From: Candidatus Daviesbacteria bacterium RIFCSPHIGHO2_02_FULL_43_12
Lineage (GTDB): Bacteria > Patescibacteriota > Microgenomatia > Daviesbacterales > UBA10151
Direction of reading: 5' to 3'
Length of the DNA: 64,000 nucleotides
NCBI GenBank assembly: GCA_001776775.1
Contig: MFDD01000002.1
Coordinates: 309,344 to 373,343 of the forward strand
In this document: positions 28,784-39,374 of the stretch, one piece after another
How positions within the stretch are numbered: position 1 is the first letter of the stretch
How the letters are laid out: each line of letters starts with the position of its first letter
The notes under the pieces: generated by a model
What the model was told of the DNA's origin: nothing
Seen by the model: the letters and a program-made list of their open reading frames with translations, nothing else
Databases searched by the model: none
Translations under genes and position numbers: made by a program

Positions 28784-31700
28784 TCATTTAACAATTCTTC
28801 TAGCGATGTTTCTTAGAATTCGTTTGTCCTGTGCGGATAGTGCTAAGACACTCTCAAAATGATTTGGGTGAGCTAGGTAGTTTCGAACTCTAGCTGCCGC
28901 TATAGATTCCTGCAAAGATCTTCTAGGATCTGCTAATTGTGCTGGTGACAGTTTGATTAGCTTAAAACCACTCCTTAGCCCATCTCCCCAAGAAACCCAG
29001 TTTAAAAAACTATATGCTCTTTGAATTTCATCAAACTCAAGACTATTCCAAAAACTGTCTGTTTGAATTGGTAAAGCTGGCAGATTTTCTGGAGTGATAG
29101 TCTTAGTTTCAAAACCGGCCCCAGTAATATTTTCCTCAGCTAAAGTAACTGCTTTTCTGGATCTATAATTACTTATCCGTCTATAGGCCAACCACCCTAA
29201 TCCTAATCCAACTACCCCCTCAGACAACTTTAATCCCAGACCAAGCCAGTCAAAAGGTTTTTTTATCTCAGCCTCGGGAGTCCTTGAATCTCTCGGAAGC
29301 ATTGGATTTTGGCTGCGGTCTTTGCTCAGAGCATCTAGAAATCGCCGCGTTTCGGCATCTATCTGATCTTGATCAACATTAGGGGTTGGGTCATTTTTAC
29401 CTGACTCCCCTGCCTCATCAACTACAAAGCCATGAGCGTTTAGGTTGTCCAAAGAGCCTCTTTCTCTTTCACCATTTACTCCATACAGATATCCCCGGGC
29501 TCTATTTAAGTACTGACCAGGTCTATCAACTAAAGAGCTGGATAAAACCGCTCCCAAACTACAGACATCACAATTACATCCCTCAAGCTTAAAGACCGCA
29601 TTAAGTTTTTCCTCCGGCGAATTTGCGGCTTCTATCTGTTTTTTGTGTTCACTGCTTATCTGATAGTGGTAATGTTTTTTAAAGTATCCCGCTATTTGCT
29701 CGTAGCTAATTTGTGAAGAGGTCCCGCTAGCCAAAAGATTCATCAACTTAGTAAGAGCTTCGGGCGAAAGTTTTGAAGTATCAATAGGCTCCACTTTAGC
29801 TACAGCCTTCACTTGAGGTGTCTCCGCTGGAAATAATCCTACAGTTACAGTAGCTCCCTTAGTTACATCCGCCTGACCCAACTCCACCTCAATAGTACCG
29901 TCGTTAAATTGATAAGCTCGATAGGGCAAAATATTTCCTGATAGATCCTGCACCCTAAGTAAGCCGACCTGGGTGTGGTTTAATATGGGAATACGCAGAG
30001 TTTTATCGCCTACCACTGTCCATAGTTCCACATGGGGAACTTCAGAGGTTTCAGTAGGGTAACTCACTAGTTTTTGCCCTTCTCGATTAGCGATCCACTT
30101 AGCTCCGACCATCTCATGACTGGTGCTTTGAGTATAGTACCCAGCCGCGCTCATTTGATGAGGGATTACTGTCCAGCGCCGATCATAATCGTCACCTGTC
30201 TCCGCGAGCATTTCACTTGGCAGCGAAACAGTATCCGGCATGATTTCGCCATACTTTATAGAGGATCCCTCTGGGGGTGTCATCTGTACAGCTCCTTGGG
30301 CCAATCCCCAAATCAAGGCAAAAGGTAGAGCGCGTAAAGCCCACCAACGCGCGTGTCTGGCAAAAGTTCTTCGTCCATTAACTAAAGATGCCAGATTTTG
30401 TCTTTGCTCCCTAACTTTAAGCCCGAGTACGGATAAAGACTCCTCTATCTCTTTTTGGGTTGGGGATTCTTGATTAACTAAACGAGGTTGTCTGGAAGCG
30501 AGCAGAGTATCCAAAGCATAAGCCAATCGACCTGCTTGCATTTGCCTTTTGTCTAATGGTCGGATTTCAGGCTGATCATGAGTTAGATAGTAATTATGGG
30601 GTTGTCTAAAAGTTCCTGGGGCAATTTCATCAGGTAACTCAGGTGTTCTTTTTAAGATCTCTTCCGCGGATAAGCCTTGGACACCAAACAAACGACCAAG
30701 ATCAATTCGTTGGGGGGGTTCGGTAAAATTAAGAGCAAACAGTTTATGATCATTACCTCGCTGCGGTTGAATTATTGATCTATTAGTTCTTCGAGCAGTA
30801 GGATATGCTGAGTCTGCCCCTATATAAACAGGTTGAGAGGTCACTAGGTAGCTTTCTAAAGCACGCATAATTAGGCGGCGTAGATGTCGCTTGACTTCTG
30901 TTTCATATCTATCTACCTCAGCGCGGGGCCGGGGAGAGTCTGCTTCTTCAACTAATGCGTCTAACTTTGGATCTCCTAATTTACGATGCATCCCAAAGTA
31001 CGCTGTTTTAAAAAATGGGTCACTGTATAGCTCCTGGGGACGAAAACTTAAGCGTCTAAACTCTGCTGGCGTTAGCAGGGCCACCTGTTCCTGAGTATCT
31101 TTAAGAGTAGCCTCTTTGTGACTTAATAGTTGGGCTAGCGGAAGATGGGGGAAATCCTGAATATATTTACTTAAACCAGGTGGAGTCCTTGTGGGCAATA
31201 TTACACCCATATAGTCCACCCAATTTAGGTCAAAGTCTGCAGTAATAGGGGCCAGGGAAGAATCATAAAGCTCCGCCAGCAAATTTTCCCGTTGCATCAC
31301 AGAGCTCTTTTTGAGACGACCCGAAGACCGTAGCTCGGGCATCCTGACGAGCACAACTTGTCCTGCTGTTTCCAGAACTCTAGCCTCTGACCCTTTTTCA
31401 GGATCAGCTGGTTTTAGCTCAATCGGCTGACCCTTATAAACGACAATCTCTCCTTTAAGACCGAACTGCTGGTTTTCTATTTTCCCTCTTCGAAAGCTTC
31501 TATCAATAGGCTGTTTGGGGGGTAATTTACCCTGGTTCAAACGGTGTTCTTGATAGGCAAAGGCAGCGGTAGCAGCTACACTTCCCACTACTAAGGCAGC
31601 CCAAGGTCGGGGTCCTATTTGAGAAGCTGCAATAAATGAATTTAGCACTCCCCAGCCAATTGTGGCTCTGAGGGGAAACTCTTTCAAGGCCACCACAAAA

Positions 31701-31810
31701 TCATCAATTCTATCCTTTGTATGATAGGTGATCCATTTAGGATAATCCGATCTGCCTGGACCTCGATGGAATCGGTCCGTATAACCACGTTTAGGTAAAG
31801 TTTCTGTCAT
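28784..31810 (-). CDS. giant membrane protein, paralog A (1008 aa), unknown function
   Basis: N-terminal TM pair, a mid-protein TM (ARWWALRALPFALIWGLAQGAV), a C-terminal TM (FDWLGLGLKLSEGVVGLGLGWLAY) and large soluble regions. It shares full-length similarity with the 960-aa protein, including GCNCDVCSLGAVL and FLNWVSWGDG blocks. Confidence 0.6.
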   Translation of the reverse strand: MTETLPKRGYTDRFHRGPGRSDYPKWITYHTKDRIDDFVVALKEFPLRATIGWGVLNSFIAASQIGPRPWAALVVGSVAATAAFAYQEHRLNQGKLPPKQPIDRSFRRGKIENQQFGLKGEIVVYKGQPIELKPADPEKGSEARVLETAGQVVLVRMPELRSSGRLKKSSVMQRENLLAELYDSSLAPITADFDLNWVDYMGVILPTRTPPGLSKYIQDFPHLPLAQLLSHKEATLKDTQEQVALLTPAEFRRLSFRPQELYSDPFFKTAYFGMHRKLGDPKLDALVEEADSPRPRAEVDRYETEVKRHLRRLIMRALESYLVTSQPVYIGADSAYPTARRTNRSIIQPQRGNDHKLFALNFTEPPQRIDLGRLFGVQGLSAEEILKRTPELPDEIAPGTFRQPHNYYLTHDQPEIRPLDKRQMQAGRLAYALDTLLASRQPRLVNQESPTQKEIEESLSVLGLKVREQRQNLASLVNGRRTFARHARWWALRALPFALIWGLAQGAVQMTPPEGSSIKYGEIMPDTVSLPSEMLAETGDDYDRRWTVIPHQMSAAGYYTQSTSHEMVGAKWIANREGQKLVSYPTETSEVPHVELWTVVGDKTLRIPILNHTQVGLLRVQDLSGNILPYRAYQFNDGTIEVELGQADVTKGATVTVGLFPAETPQVKAVAKVEPIDTSKLSPEALTKLMNLLASGTSSQISYEQIAGYFKKHYHYQISSEHKKQIEAANSPEEKLNAVFKLEGCNCDVCSLGAVLSSSLVDRPGQYLNRARGYLYGVNGERERGSLDNLNAHGFVVDEAGESGKNDPTPNVDQDQIDAETRRFLDALSKDRSQNPMLPRDSRTPEAEIKKPFDWLGLGLKLSEGVVGLGLGWLAYRRISNYRSRKAVTLAEENITGAGFETKTITPENLPALPIQTDSFWNSLEFDEIQRAYSFLNWVSWGDGLRSGFKLIKLSPAQLADPRRSLQESIAAARVRNYLAHPNHFESVLALSAQDKRILRNIARRIVK

Positions 31811-31866
31811 AACTAGCCTCTAATTATATCTTAAAAAGAGGTTTTAGTCAAACTATAGGACTAATT

Positions 31867-33603
31867 TTAGGAAGGAAAGGATCGGGAGAACCTGATCCTG
31901 CTGGCTAAGTAGCTGGGAAAACATACCCAAAGCTCCAAGATTATGATCCCCAAAGCTGCCAGAGAGATATAATTACTCCAAGATCTAATGGGAGTGTTTT
32001 GCAATTTCGCTTCAATGATATGACTTCCTGGGCTAATCTGTACTCCTAAGAAGTGATACTTACTGTCCTCTCGGATCACGGTATCTTGGCCGTCGACTTG
32101 TACCCTCCAACCAGGAAATTGGTGGGTATTGATCGTAAAAGTTATAGGCGTGAGGGTGTCTATAGCAAAGCGGAAGTTGGTGGCTGTAGAGCTCAATGTC
32201 CGGACTATCGCCTGATCGGGCGTAACCGTCCACTTTGGAGAGTCCCATTCGGGAAGCTCATTGACCCCTTTTGGCATATACCCCGGTTCAATAAAAGCCT
32301 CCTCGCGGGTTAATTTGTGAAGAGGCCAGCTGGACAGAGGAGCATTTAAAGCCTTTTCCTCAAAAAAAGTCTGCGGCTGCAAAAAAGGTAGAGAAAAAAA
32401 TAGGGTGGCCATAAAAATCATGGCGGTAAAGATGATCTGATGCTTTTTATTTAATAAAGAGATAATTGCTGCTCCTAGCAAAGCTTGAGCTATTGGTAAA
32501 ACCATCAGAAATCGCCAGGGAAACTGGATAAACCGCAGGATCTCGAGGTGCTCCCAGAACAAAAGCGATCCCTTAAAAGTAAAGAAGTAACCATAACAGG
32601 CTACTCCAAGCCAAAAAATCAGCTTATTTAAAATAGGCAACGACAGTTTTTTACAGATAATCCAAATAGCTACAGCTAAGCTGCTAACGAGTATCCAGGT
32701 TGACAAAAGACCTAAACTGATAGATCTGGTAAAAATCTCTCCCCACCAGGATCCGTTATACCCCCAAATATATGAAACGGGGAGTAAGGGGTCGGAAAAG
32801 TTTTTATGAAAATCAAAAGCCTGCTTGGTTAAATCATTAATATTAATAAATTTTAGCTCAAAGAGGGCGGGCAGAAGATAAAAGGCGGCTAGGGTTACAC
32901 CGATAATAAACGATAGCGTAAGTTTACCTAGGTTAGGCAGAGAGGATACTTTTGCCGTATAGAGAGTAAGCAAGCTAAATCCTAAAATAACTGGCAGGCA
33001 GATTATAGTAGCCGGCAGATGAGAGATGATCATTAGCCCAAAAACCAAAGAGATCATCGGCCCAAAGACAGCTTTTGACTTTTGCAGCAGTTGCTCAGTC
33101 AACCAGAGTAAGACGGGCAGCAGCGAGATTACAGTAAATTCCGGAAAGGACCCTCGGATAAAAATATCCAGGATTAAATAGGGGGCGAATCCATAGAGTA
33201 AGGCTGCCGTTGAGGCAGGTAAAACCCCGTATTTTTTGGACAGTAAAAATATAAAAAACGTGCTTACTATCCATAACAGATAGACGGTTATTTTTAGAGC
33301 AAACACTGAGGGTAAAAAAACAAAAAAAAGAGCCGTTAAATAGTAAAACCCAACTTGATAAAAGTTAAAAAGAGGCATGCTGTAACCGTTTTGCACCCAG
33401 TCAACCCACCTAACAGGAAACTGGCCTTCCTGCAATGCCTGAAAAAATATTTTTGCATAAGTTATATGGGCAAAAGCGTCATGGCTGGAAGGAAGTCCAC
33501 TTTGAAACCAAAACACCCCTCCAGATATGATCAGGACAGACGTTAAGATAACTAGTAGGTTACTTAAAAAACTTTCCTGCAAATATTTAAGTAAACTTTT
33601 CAT
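31867..33603 (-). CDS. polytopic GT-C/YfhO-like membrane protein (578 aa)
   Basis: About 13 TM helices in the N-terminal 400 aa with a periplasmic HDAFAHITYAKIFFQALQEGQFPVRW loop, plus a C-terminal beta-rich soluble domain. Its start overlaps the stop of the 960-aa gene. Confidence 0.5.
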   Translation of the reverse strand: MKSLLKYLQESFLSNLLVILTSVLIISGGVFWFQSGLPSSHDAFAHITYAKIFFQALQEGQFPVRWVDWVQNGYSMPLFNFYQVGFYYLTALFFVFLPSVFALKITVYLLWIVSTFFIFLLSKKYGVLPASTAALLYGFAPYLILDIFIRGSFPEFTVISLLPVLLWLTEQLLQKSKAVFGPMISLVFGLMIISHLPATIICLPVILGFSLLTLYTAKVSSLPNLGKLTLSFIIGVTLAAFYLLPALFELKFININDLTKQAFDFHKNFSDPLLPVSYIWGYNGSWWGEIFTRSISLGLLSTWILVSSLAVAIWIICKKLSLPILNKLIFWLGVACYGYFFTFKGSLLFWEHLEILRFIQFPWRFLMVLPIAQALLGAAIISLLNKKHQIIFTAMIFMATLFFSLPFLQPQTFFEEKALNAPLSSWPLHKLTREEAFIEPGYMPKGVNELPEWDSPKWTVTPDQAIVRTLSSTATNFRFAIDTLTPITFTINTHQFPGWRVQVDGQDTVIREDSKYHFLGVQISPGSHIIEAKLQNTPIRSWSNYISLAALGIIILELWVCFPSYLASRIRFSRSFPS

Positions 33604-33605
33604 TT

Positions 33606-36488
33606 TTAGGTATACAGCTCAACCAGGCCACTGACTTTATGTAGCCCACCACGAGCATAGTTAGCTAAGGCCCGCACTTTTCTTCTTTGACACTCCTCGA
33701 ACCCCTGGTCAGATTCTTTTAGTGATGGCTTCTTAAGGTACTGGCCTAACCTTTGCCGATAGCTACCTTGCATAAGATCATTTAGCAAAGCCTGCTTATC
33801 TCTGGCAGAGTAAACAGCTGGTGAGAATGGCCTATCTTCTCCCCAGGAGATCCAGTCAAGAAAATGTTTCATCGCTTCTAGTTCCTGGCGACTAAACCGA
33901 TCGCGAACCTTTGCATCCATAAAGGGACCAAGTGTCTTTTGGGTAAAATTGCTTTGCAGCTCGTAAATTAGAGCAGCTGCACAGAGTGACCAAATAGTCA
34001 AACTTGTTCCCATAAGTACCTTACCAGTTAGATCTATGGTCTTTTCAAAAAGACTAGCGATATATACCTTTGAGGCAAGTTCATCCCTTTGTCTGGCCCA
34101 TTCGCTTGCATCAGGAACTTGTTTGCTTCTTTCGATATATTGTCTGGTAAAGGCATCCCTCGCTAAGTCTTTAGGAGTAGCGTCATAGATAGCCCTACCT
34201 CTCATTGTATACAAGTGTAGGTCACTAATTCGCAGAGGATAGCCTCCTCTTGGTGCAGGATTATCTAATCCTACACCGTAGCCTATTGCCAGGTTTAAGG
34301 AAGGATAGTTGGGAGATAAGAAATGCGCCACAAGAACAGCTTCGATATTACAAAGCTCACAATTACAACCCGGAAGATGGTTAACGATGTTCAAAAAAGC
34401 CGCTGGGTTAGTTTGGTGCTTAACCTCACTGGTGTTTTTGGGATTATTATTATAGAGGTGTCCTTCGGCAATCACATCTACTACACTCTGATAATAATCG
34501 CCTGTACGAATATATCTCTCGGCAACTGCAGTAAAGAGACTCTCCGCCTCTTGACTAAGTCCATCCGGATTTAACCGATTCAACGACCCATCAGCATGAA
34601 CTTGGCCCTGATCAGCCGGTTTGAGACTGATAGTGATATCCGCGTATGAATCTTTTAAATTCGGAGTTAGCGGAATATACAAACCAACTGTCCCATCTTT
34701 ATACATAGTATTCGTAACTTGTATAGTGTTATTTTTGCTATCCGATACTCTGACCGCTTCAACAACGGTATTTGGCTTAATAGGAATTTTTATTTGAGGC
34801 AGATCAACCTTACCCACCCGCAGTCTGGTCTGCAGACTGAAGTGAGGACTACTGGGGTCTGGCTCAGTCGGATAAGCAACCAGTTTATCGATAGTATCTT
34901 CATCGACCCAACCCCGACCTTTGTCTAAAAAGTGGGCTGTTGATGTTACATAATAACCTCGCGGATCTGGCTCTCCTGTTGTAGTGATCCACCAATCTAT
35001 CTGATTTGCAGATAAAGAACTTTGCCCACCTTCCAATAATTTAACGGCCGTACTTTGTGAATCACGATAGTTTGGTGGACTAAACCATTCAAAACCTTTG
35101 AAGCCAAAATGCATTGCTCCGGCTAAACCCATCATCAATACGGCCTGTCTGGCTACTTTGGGTAGAAGGCTAATTTTTTTACCTGTTGTACCCTGAAGAT
35201 CTATCTCCCCTTGCAGAGGATTACTTTTAGCTTCTTTAGAATATTGGTGTAAAAGGGCCTGGACTTGAGCTTGGGCAGGTGGCTTTCTCTCGAGCAGTTT
35301 TGCTGCATCGCTCTGGTTGATGAATTCGTGAGCTGCAAAGGCTACCTGAGCTCTATTAAAAGCTTCCGGACTCTCCACAACTCTTTCTGGCGGTATATCT
35401 CCTAAACCCACAGCTCTGGATAATATTCGCGGGGCAGATATCAATCCCCCTGTGGTCGGTACTGATTGCACCATCAGCTGTCCGTCATAGCGGCGATAGA
35501 CCCGGGTTGTTACAGCGGTCTTGGTGCGTAAAAAAGGTATATCTAGTCTTCGAACCAAAGAACTACTACTTCCTTCTTCGACATAGCGAACAATTAGTCC
35601 TTGGAGATGTTTTCTTAACCTTTCTTGTGCATTTTGAGCCTCTTCTCCAGGGTTCGCAACTTCCAATTGTTGCATTAGCGCATTTACCCTACTATCACCT
35701 AGCATTGCGCAGGCTTGCTGCAAGATCGCTTGTTTAACAATGGTAAATTCCTCTAATCCAGTTTTATGCACTAAGGTTACTCGGCGCTGAGGATCAATTA
35801 AACTAAAATCTTTACCCAATACCAGAGCCTGTCTGGTTAAAGAGTTCTGCGTTTTCAGGGCTGCCTCAACTAGAGGCGGGGCTTGGGGAGGGACCTCTAT
35901 CCCTAACCAGTCAATTCTTCGGGAGCTTAATCTTGGCTTGACTTGAGCAATAATACCATCATAAACACTTAACCATAATTTTGAATCAGCCTCTGTACCT
36001 TCTTTCTTTAAATTGAGACGGTTCGGCCATAACCCATCGGCTAAATTTTTGAAGAATCGCCTAGCCCCTTTGGGCTCTAAGCCCTGCAAAACCGGAAGTT
36101 TAAGGAAATAAATATTATCCCCTCTTCGCAACCTTTTGTCTCCCAAGACAACATCATTACCGGCGTATGCTAAGTGATAGCCTTTAAATCCGAGTTTAGC
36201 GTCTCGATCGGTATCTTTGCGAGCTGAGTGCAAAGCCCTTACACCCGCGCTTGCCAACCTAATACCGGTATAACCAGGCACCAGTAGCGTTGTCGCCAAT
36301 GCCGCAGTCAAACCTGAATCTAGGGAAACTCCTGCTCTATCCAAAAAATAGTAGGCCAAAAAAGGCAGCGAGCTCAGGGTCACGGCTGCCAGACCACGGC
36401 TAAATATAGCATCTCGGTAATCAAACTGATCGTGTGTTAGATAACGAGGTTTAGGCAGAGATGACCTCTCCCGATTCTTTCCAGACAT
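33606..36488 (-). CDS. giant membrane protein, paralog B (960 aa), unknown function
   Basis: Same architecture as paralog A. Alignable blocks include SKLWLSVYDGIIAQV against ENLLAELYDSSLAPI, GYYVTSTAHF against GYYTQSTSHE, GCNCELCNIEAVL against GCNCDVCSLGAVL, and FLDWISWGED against FLNWVSWGDG. Confidence 0.6.
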   Translation of the reverse strand: MSGKNRERSSLPKPRYLTHDQFDYRDAIFSRGLAAVTLSSLPFLAYYFLDRAGVSLDSGLTAALATTLLVPGYTGIRLASAGVRALHSARKDTDRDAKLGFKGYHLAYAGNDVVLGDKRLRRGDNIYFLKLPVLQGLEPKGARRFFKNLADGLWPNRLNLKKEGTEADSKLWLSVYDGIIAQVKPRLSSRRIDWLGIEVPPQAPPLVEAALKTQNSLTRQALVLGKDFSLIDPQRRVTLVHKTGLEEFTIVKQAILQQACAMLGDSRVNALMQQLEVANPGEEAQNAQERLRKHLQGLIVRYVEEGSSSSLVRRLDIPFLRTKTAVTTRVYRRYDGQLMVQSVPTTGGLISAPRILSRAVGLGDIPPERVVESPEAFNRAQVAFAAHEFINQSDAAKLLERKPPAQAQVQALLHQYSKEAKSNPLQGEIDLQGTTGKKISLLPKVARQAVLMMGLAGAMHFGFKGFEWFSPPNYRDSQSTAVKLLEGGQSSLSANQIDWWITTTGEPDPRGYYVTSTAHFLDKGRGWVDEDTIDKLVAYPTEPDPSSPHFSLQTRLRVGKVDLPQIKIPIKPNTVVEAVRVSDSKNNTIQVTNTMYKDGTVGLYIPLTPNLKDSYADITISLKPADQGQVHADGSLNRLNPDGLSQEAESLFTAVAERYIRTGDYYQSVVDVIAEGHLYNNNPKNTSEVKHQTNPAAFLNIVNHLPGCNCELCNIEAVLVAHFLSPNYPSLNLAIGYGVGLDNPAPRGGYPLRISDLHLYTMRGRAIYDATPKDLARDAFTRQYIERSKQVPDASEWARQRDELASKVYIASLFEKTIDLTGKVLMGTSLTIWSLCAAALIYELQSNFTQKTLGPFMDAKVRDRFSRQELEAMKHFLDWISWGEDRPFSPAVYSARDKQALLNDLMQGSYRQRLGQYLKKPSLKESDQGFEECQRRKVRALANYARGGLHKVSGLVELYT

Positions 36489-36537
36489 ATTATGGGGTAT
36501 TTTAGCTTGTTGGGCTTAAATTGCAAAGAAGGTGAGT

Positions 36538-39288
36538 CTATGATCGATGCTGAGAGGCGCCAATTAAACCACATTTTTTCCACTTTAATCCTGATCCACA
36601 AGGACAAGGGTCGTTACGACCGATTTTTTGATGAGTTAATTGTCCCTTTTCGCCGTAGTTTTGAGTACTAATCGATCCTCCGGCTCGTTCAATAGTTACT
36701 TTTGTTCCTACATAAGGGAGGTCTTTAACGACCGGTTTCTCTTTAATCTCCAGTTGATCGATCTCTCGGGTTAGGTGCCCCACTTCTTCTAAAAGATTCT
36801 CTTCTTCCAACGCTTCTTGATGAATCTCCAGCGCTTTATCCAGGTTAGCCATGGGTTGATTAGAGGGCAGCTGATTATTAACTGAAATTTTGTAAATACG
36901 GTGCACAACATCAGAATCGATAGTGTCCATTAGTTGGGAGAACAGGTCAAAGGCTTCCTTTTTATATTCCACTAGCGGATCTCTTTGCGCATAACCCCGC
37001 AAACCGATCCCCACCCTTAGATCATCAATCGTATCCAGATGCTCGAGCCACAAGGTATCGATGGTATTAAGGTAAACAAAACTCTCCATCTGGCGACAGA
37101 CGTCCGCACCTAACTCTTTTTCTCTCATCTCGTAGACGTCTGCTGCGATTTTGGTTAGCTGCTCAGTGATCGCTTCTGATGAATCTATCTGTCTAAGCTG
37201 TCCCACTAAACCCTCTCTGCTGGTGGTATCAAAGGGGATAATGGTCACAAATTCCTCGGCAATTTTTTCGATATCAGCTACCTCAGTTGAGTGGATCGTC
37301 ACGATACTTGCTATCTCTTTTTGAATCTTTTCCTGGATTTTTTCTTTGGTAATCCCCGAGTTTGTGGCCATTGCCTGTAAAATCTGGTTCCTGACTCCAT
37401 AGACAATTTGGCGTTGTTGATTCATCACATCGTCATACTCCACAGTATGTTTACGGGCATCAAAGTTGTGGCCCTCAACTTTTCGCTGGGCCCCCTCAAT
37501 TGCTTTCGAAACAAGCCCATTTTCAATCGGCATATCATCAGGGATCTTCAAAAACTCCATTACCCGGGCAACCTGTTCACCTCCAAAAATACGCATTAGA
37601 TCATCTTCAAGGGAAACATAAAATTTACTTGCTCCCGAGTCTCCTTGACGTCCTGAACGACCCCGGAGCTGGTTATCAATTCTGCGGGATTCATGGCGCT
37701 CAGTCCCCACCACATATAGACCTCCCAGTTCGTTAACACCGACAGAAAGCTTAATATCCACCCCTCTTCCCGCCATATTGGTCGCTACAGTCACCGCTCC
37801 TTTCTCACCGGCTTTAGAGATAATCTCCGCCTCTTTTTCGTGATTTTTAGCATTCAACAAAGCATGGGAGATACCTTTCTTCTTGAGCAGCTTAGATAAA
37901 AATTCGTTTTTTTCAATCGAAGTGGTGCCAACCAGTACCGGTTGTCCGGATTCATGCAGCTTAGCTACATCCTCGACCACGGCGGTATACTTAGCCAGCT
38001 CAGTCTTGTAGATACTGTCCGGAAGATCTTTACGGACCATTGGGCGGTTAGTAGGAACCACTATGACGTCTAATTTGTAGATTTTATGAAATTCTTCGGC
38101 TTCTGTGGCGGCCGTACCAGTCATGCCGGAAAGCTTTTCGTACATCCGGAAATAGTTTTGAAAAGAGATAGTGGCCATCGTTTGAGATTCTTGTTGAATA
38201 GTCACTCCTTCTTTTGCCTCAATAGCCTGGTGCAGACCTTCTGAATAACGCCTTCCCGGCATTAATCTGCCCGTAAACTCATCGACGATAATTACTTCTC
38301 CGTCTTTGACGACATAATCTTTGTCCTTTTGAAAAAGAGTTTTGGCTTTAAGTGCTTCTTCGATATGATGCAGAGTCGAAAAATCTTTCTCATACAAATT
38401 ATCTATCCCCAGCAGCTTTTCTATCTTCAAAGTGCCTGCATCGGTCAAGTGAACAGTGCGCATCTTTTCATCCAAAATATAATCTTGAGCAGACATTTTT
38501 TCGATCAATTTGGCAAACTGAGCATATTTTTCGGTTGGCTCCTGAGCAGGAGCGGAGATAATGAGCGGAGTCCTGGCTTCATCAATCAAAATCGAGTCCA
38601 CCTCATCAACAATGGCAAAATAGTGGCCCCTCTGGACCTGCGATTCCAAAGAAAGAGCCATGTTATCGCGCAGGTAATCAAAACCAAATTCGTTATTGGT
38701 GCCATAAGTAATATCCGCACCATAAGCTTCCTTTCGGGTAATCGGACGCAGATGCTTTAATCTCTCGTCAGTGGTGTCTTTGTCGATATAATCCGGGTCA
38801 TAGAGAAAGGCTTGTTCGTGTATGATCGTGGCGCAGCTTATTCCTAAGGCATAGTAGACCGGACCCACCCAACCACATTCCCGCCGGGCTAAATAATCAT
38901 TGACAGTTATAATATGTATGCCACGATCGGTAAGGGCATTTAAGTAGGCCGCGGGGGAAGCTGAAAAGGTCTTTCCTTCTCCGGTTTTTTGTTCAGATAT
39001 TTTACCTTCATGTAAAGCCGCTGCAGCGATCAGCTGAACATCAAACAGTCTGGCATCATTTACTCTTTTGGAAGCTTCCCTGACAACGGCAAAAGCCTCC
39101 GCTAAAAGTTGATCCAAGGTTGCACCTTGCAAATGCTTCTTTTTTAGCTCTTCAGTCCGTTTCTTGAGCTGGGAGTCAGAAAGCTTCGCTATCTCTTCCT
39201 CTAGCAGATTTACCTCTTTGACCTTTTGAGCAAAGCGCCGGAGTGCTTGCTGGTTAGAATCGATTAGTTTAGTAAATAAATTAAGCAT
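36538..39288 (-). CDS. secA: preprotein translocase ATPase SecA
   Basis: 916 aa with the DEAD-like motor, preprotein cross-linking domain and C-terminal zinc-binding tail CPCGSGLKWKKCG. Confidence 0.95.
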   Translation of the reverse strand: MLNLFTKLIDSNQQALRRFAQKVKEVNLLEEEIAKLSDSQLKKRTEELKKKHLQGATLDQLLAEAFAVVREASKRVNDARLFDVQLIAAAALHEGKISEQKTGEGKTFSASPAAYLNALTDRGIHIITVNDYLARRECGWVGPVYYALGISCATIIHEQAFLYDPDYIDKDTTDERLKHLRPITRKEAYGADITYGTNNEFGFDYLRDNMALSLESQVQRGHYFAIVDEVDSILIDEARTPLIISAPAQEPTEKYAQFAKLIEKMSAQDYILDEKMRTVHLTDAGTLKIEKLLGIDNLYEKDFSTLHHIEEALKAKTLFQKDKDYVVKDGEVIIVDEFTGRLMPGRRYSEGLHQAIEAKEGVTIQQESQTMATISFQNYFRMYEKLSGMTGTAATEAEEFHKIYKLDVIVVPTNRPMVRKDLPDSIYKTELAKYTAVVEDVAKLHESGQPVLVGTTSIEKNEFLSKLLKKKGISHALLNAKNHEKEAEIISKAGEKGAVTVATNMAGRGVDIKLSVGVNELGGLYVVGTERHESRRIDNQLRGRSGRQGDSGASKFYVSLEDDLMRIFGGEQVARVMEFLKIPDDMPIENGLVSKAIEGAQRKVEGHNFDARKHTVEYDDVMNQQRQIVYGVRNQILQAMATNSGITKEKIQEKIQKEIASIVTIHSTEVADIEKIAEEFVTIIPFDTTSREGLVGQLRQIDSSEAITEQLTKIAADVYEMREKELGADVCRQMESFVYLNTIDTLWLEHLDTIDDLRVGIGLRGYAQRDPLVEYKKEAFDLFSQLMDTIDSDVVHRIYKISVNNQLPSNQPMANLDKALEIHQEALEEENLLEEVGHLTREIDQLEIKEKPVVKDLPYVGTKVTIERAGGSISTQNYGEKGQLTHQKIGRNDPCPCGSGLKWKKCGLIGASQHRS

Positions 39289-39374
39289 GAATTTGAAAGT
39301 AGGGGAATTATACTAAAAAAGCAGAGATTGACAAAGCTTTTTACGAACCTTTAAACTTATGGTACATACTGCCC

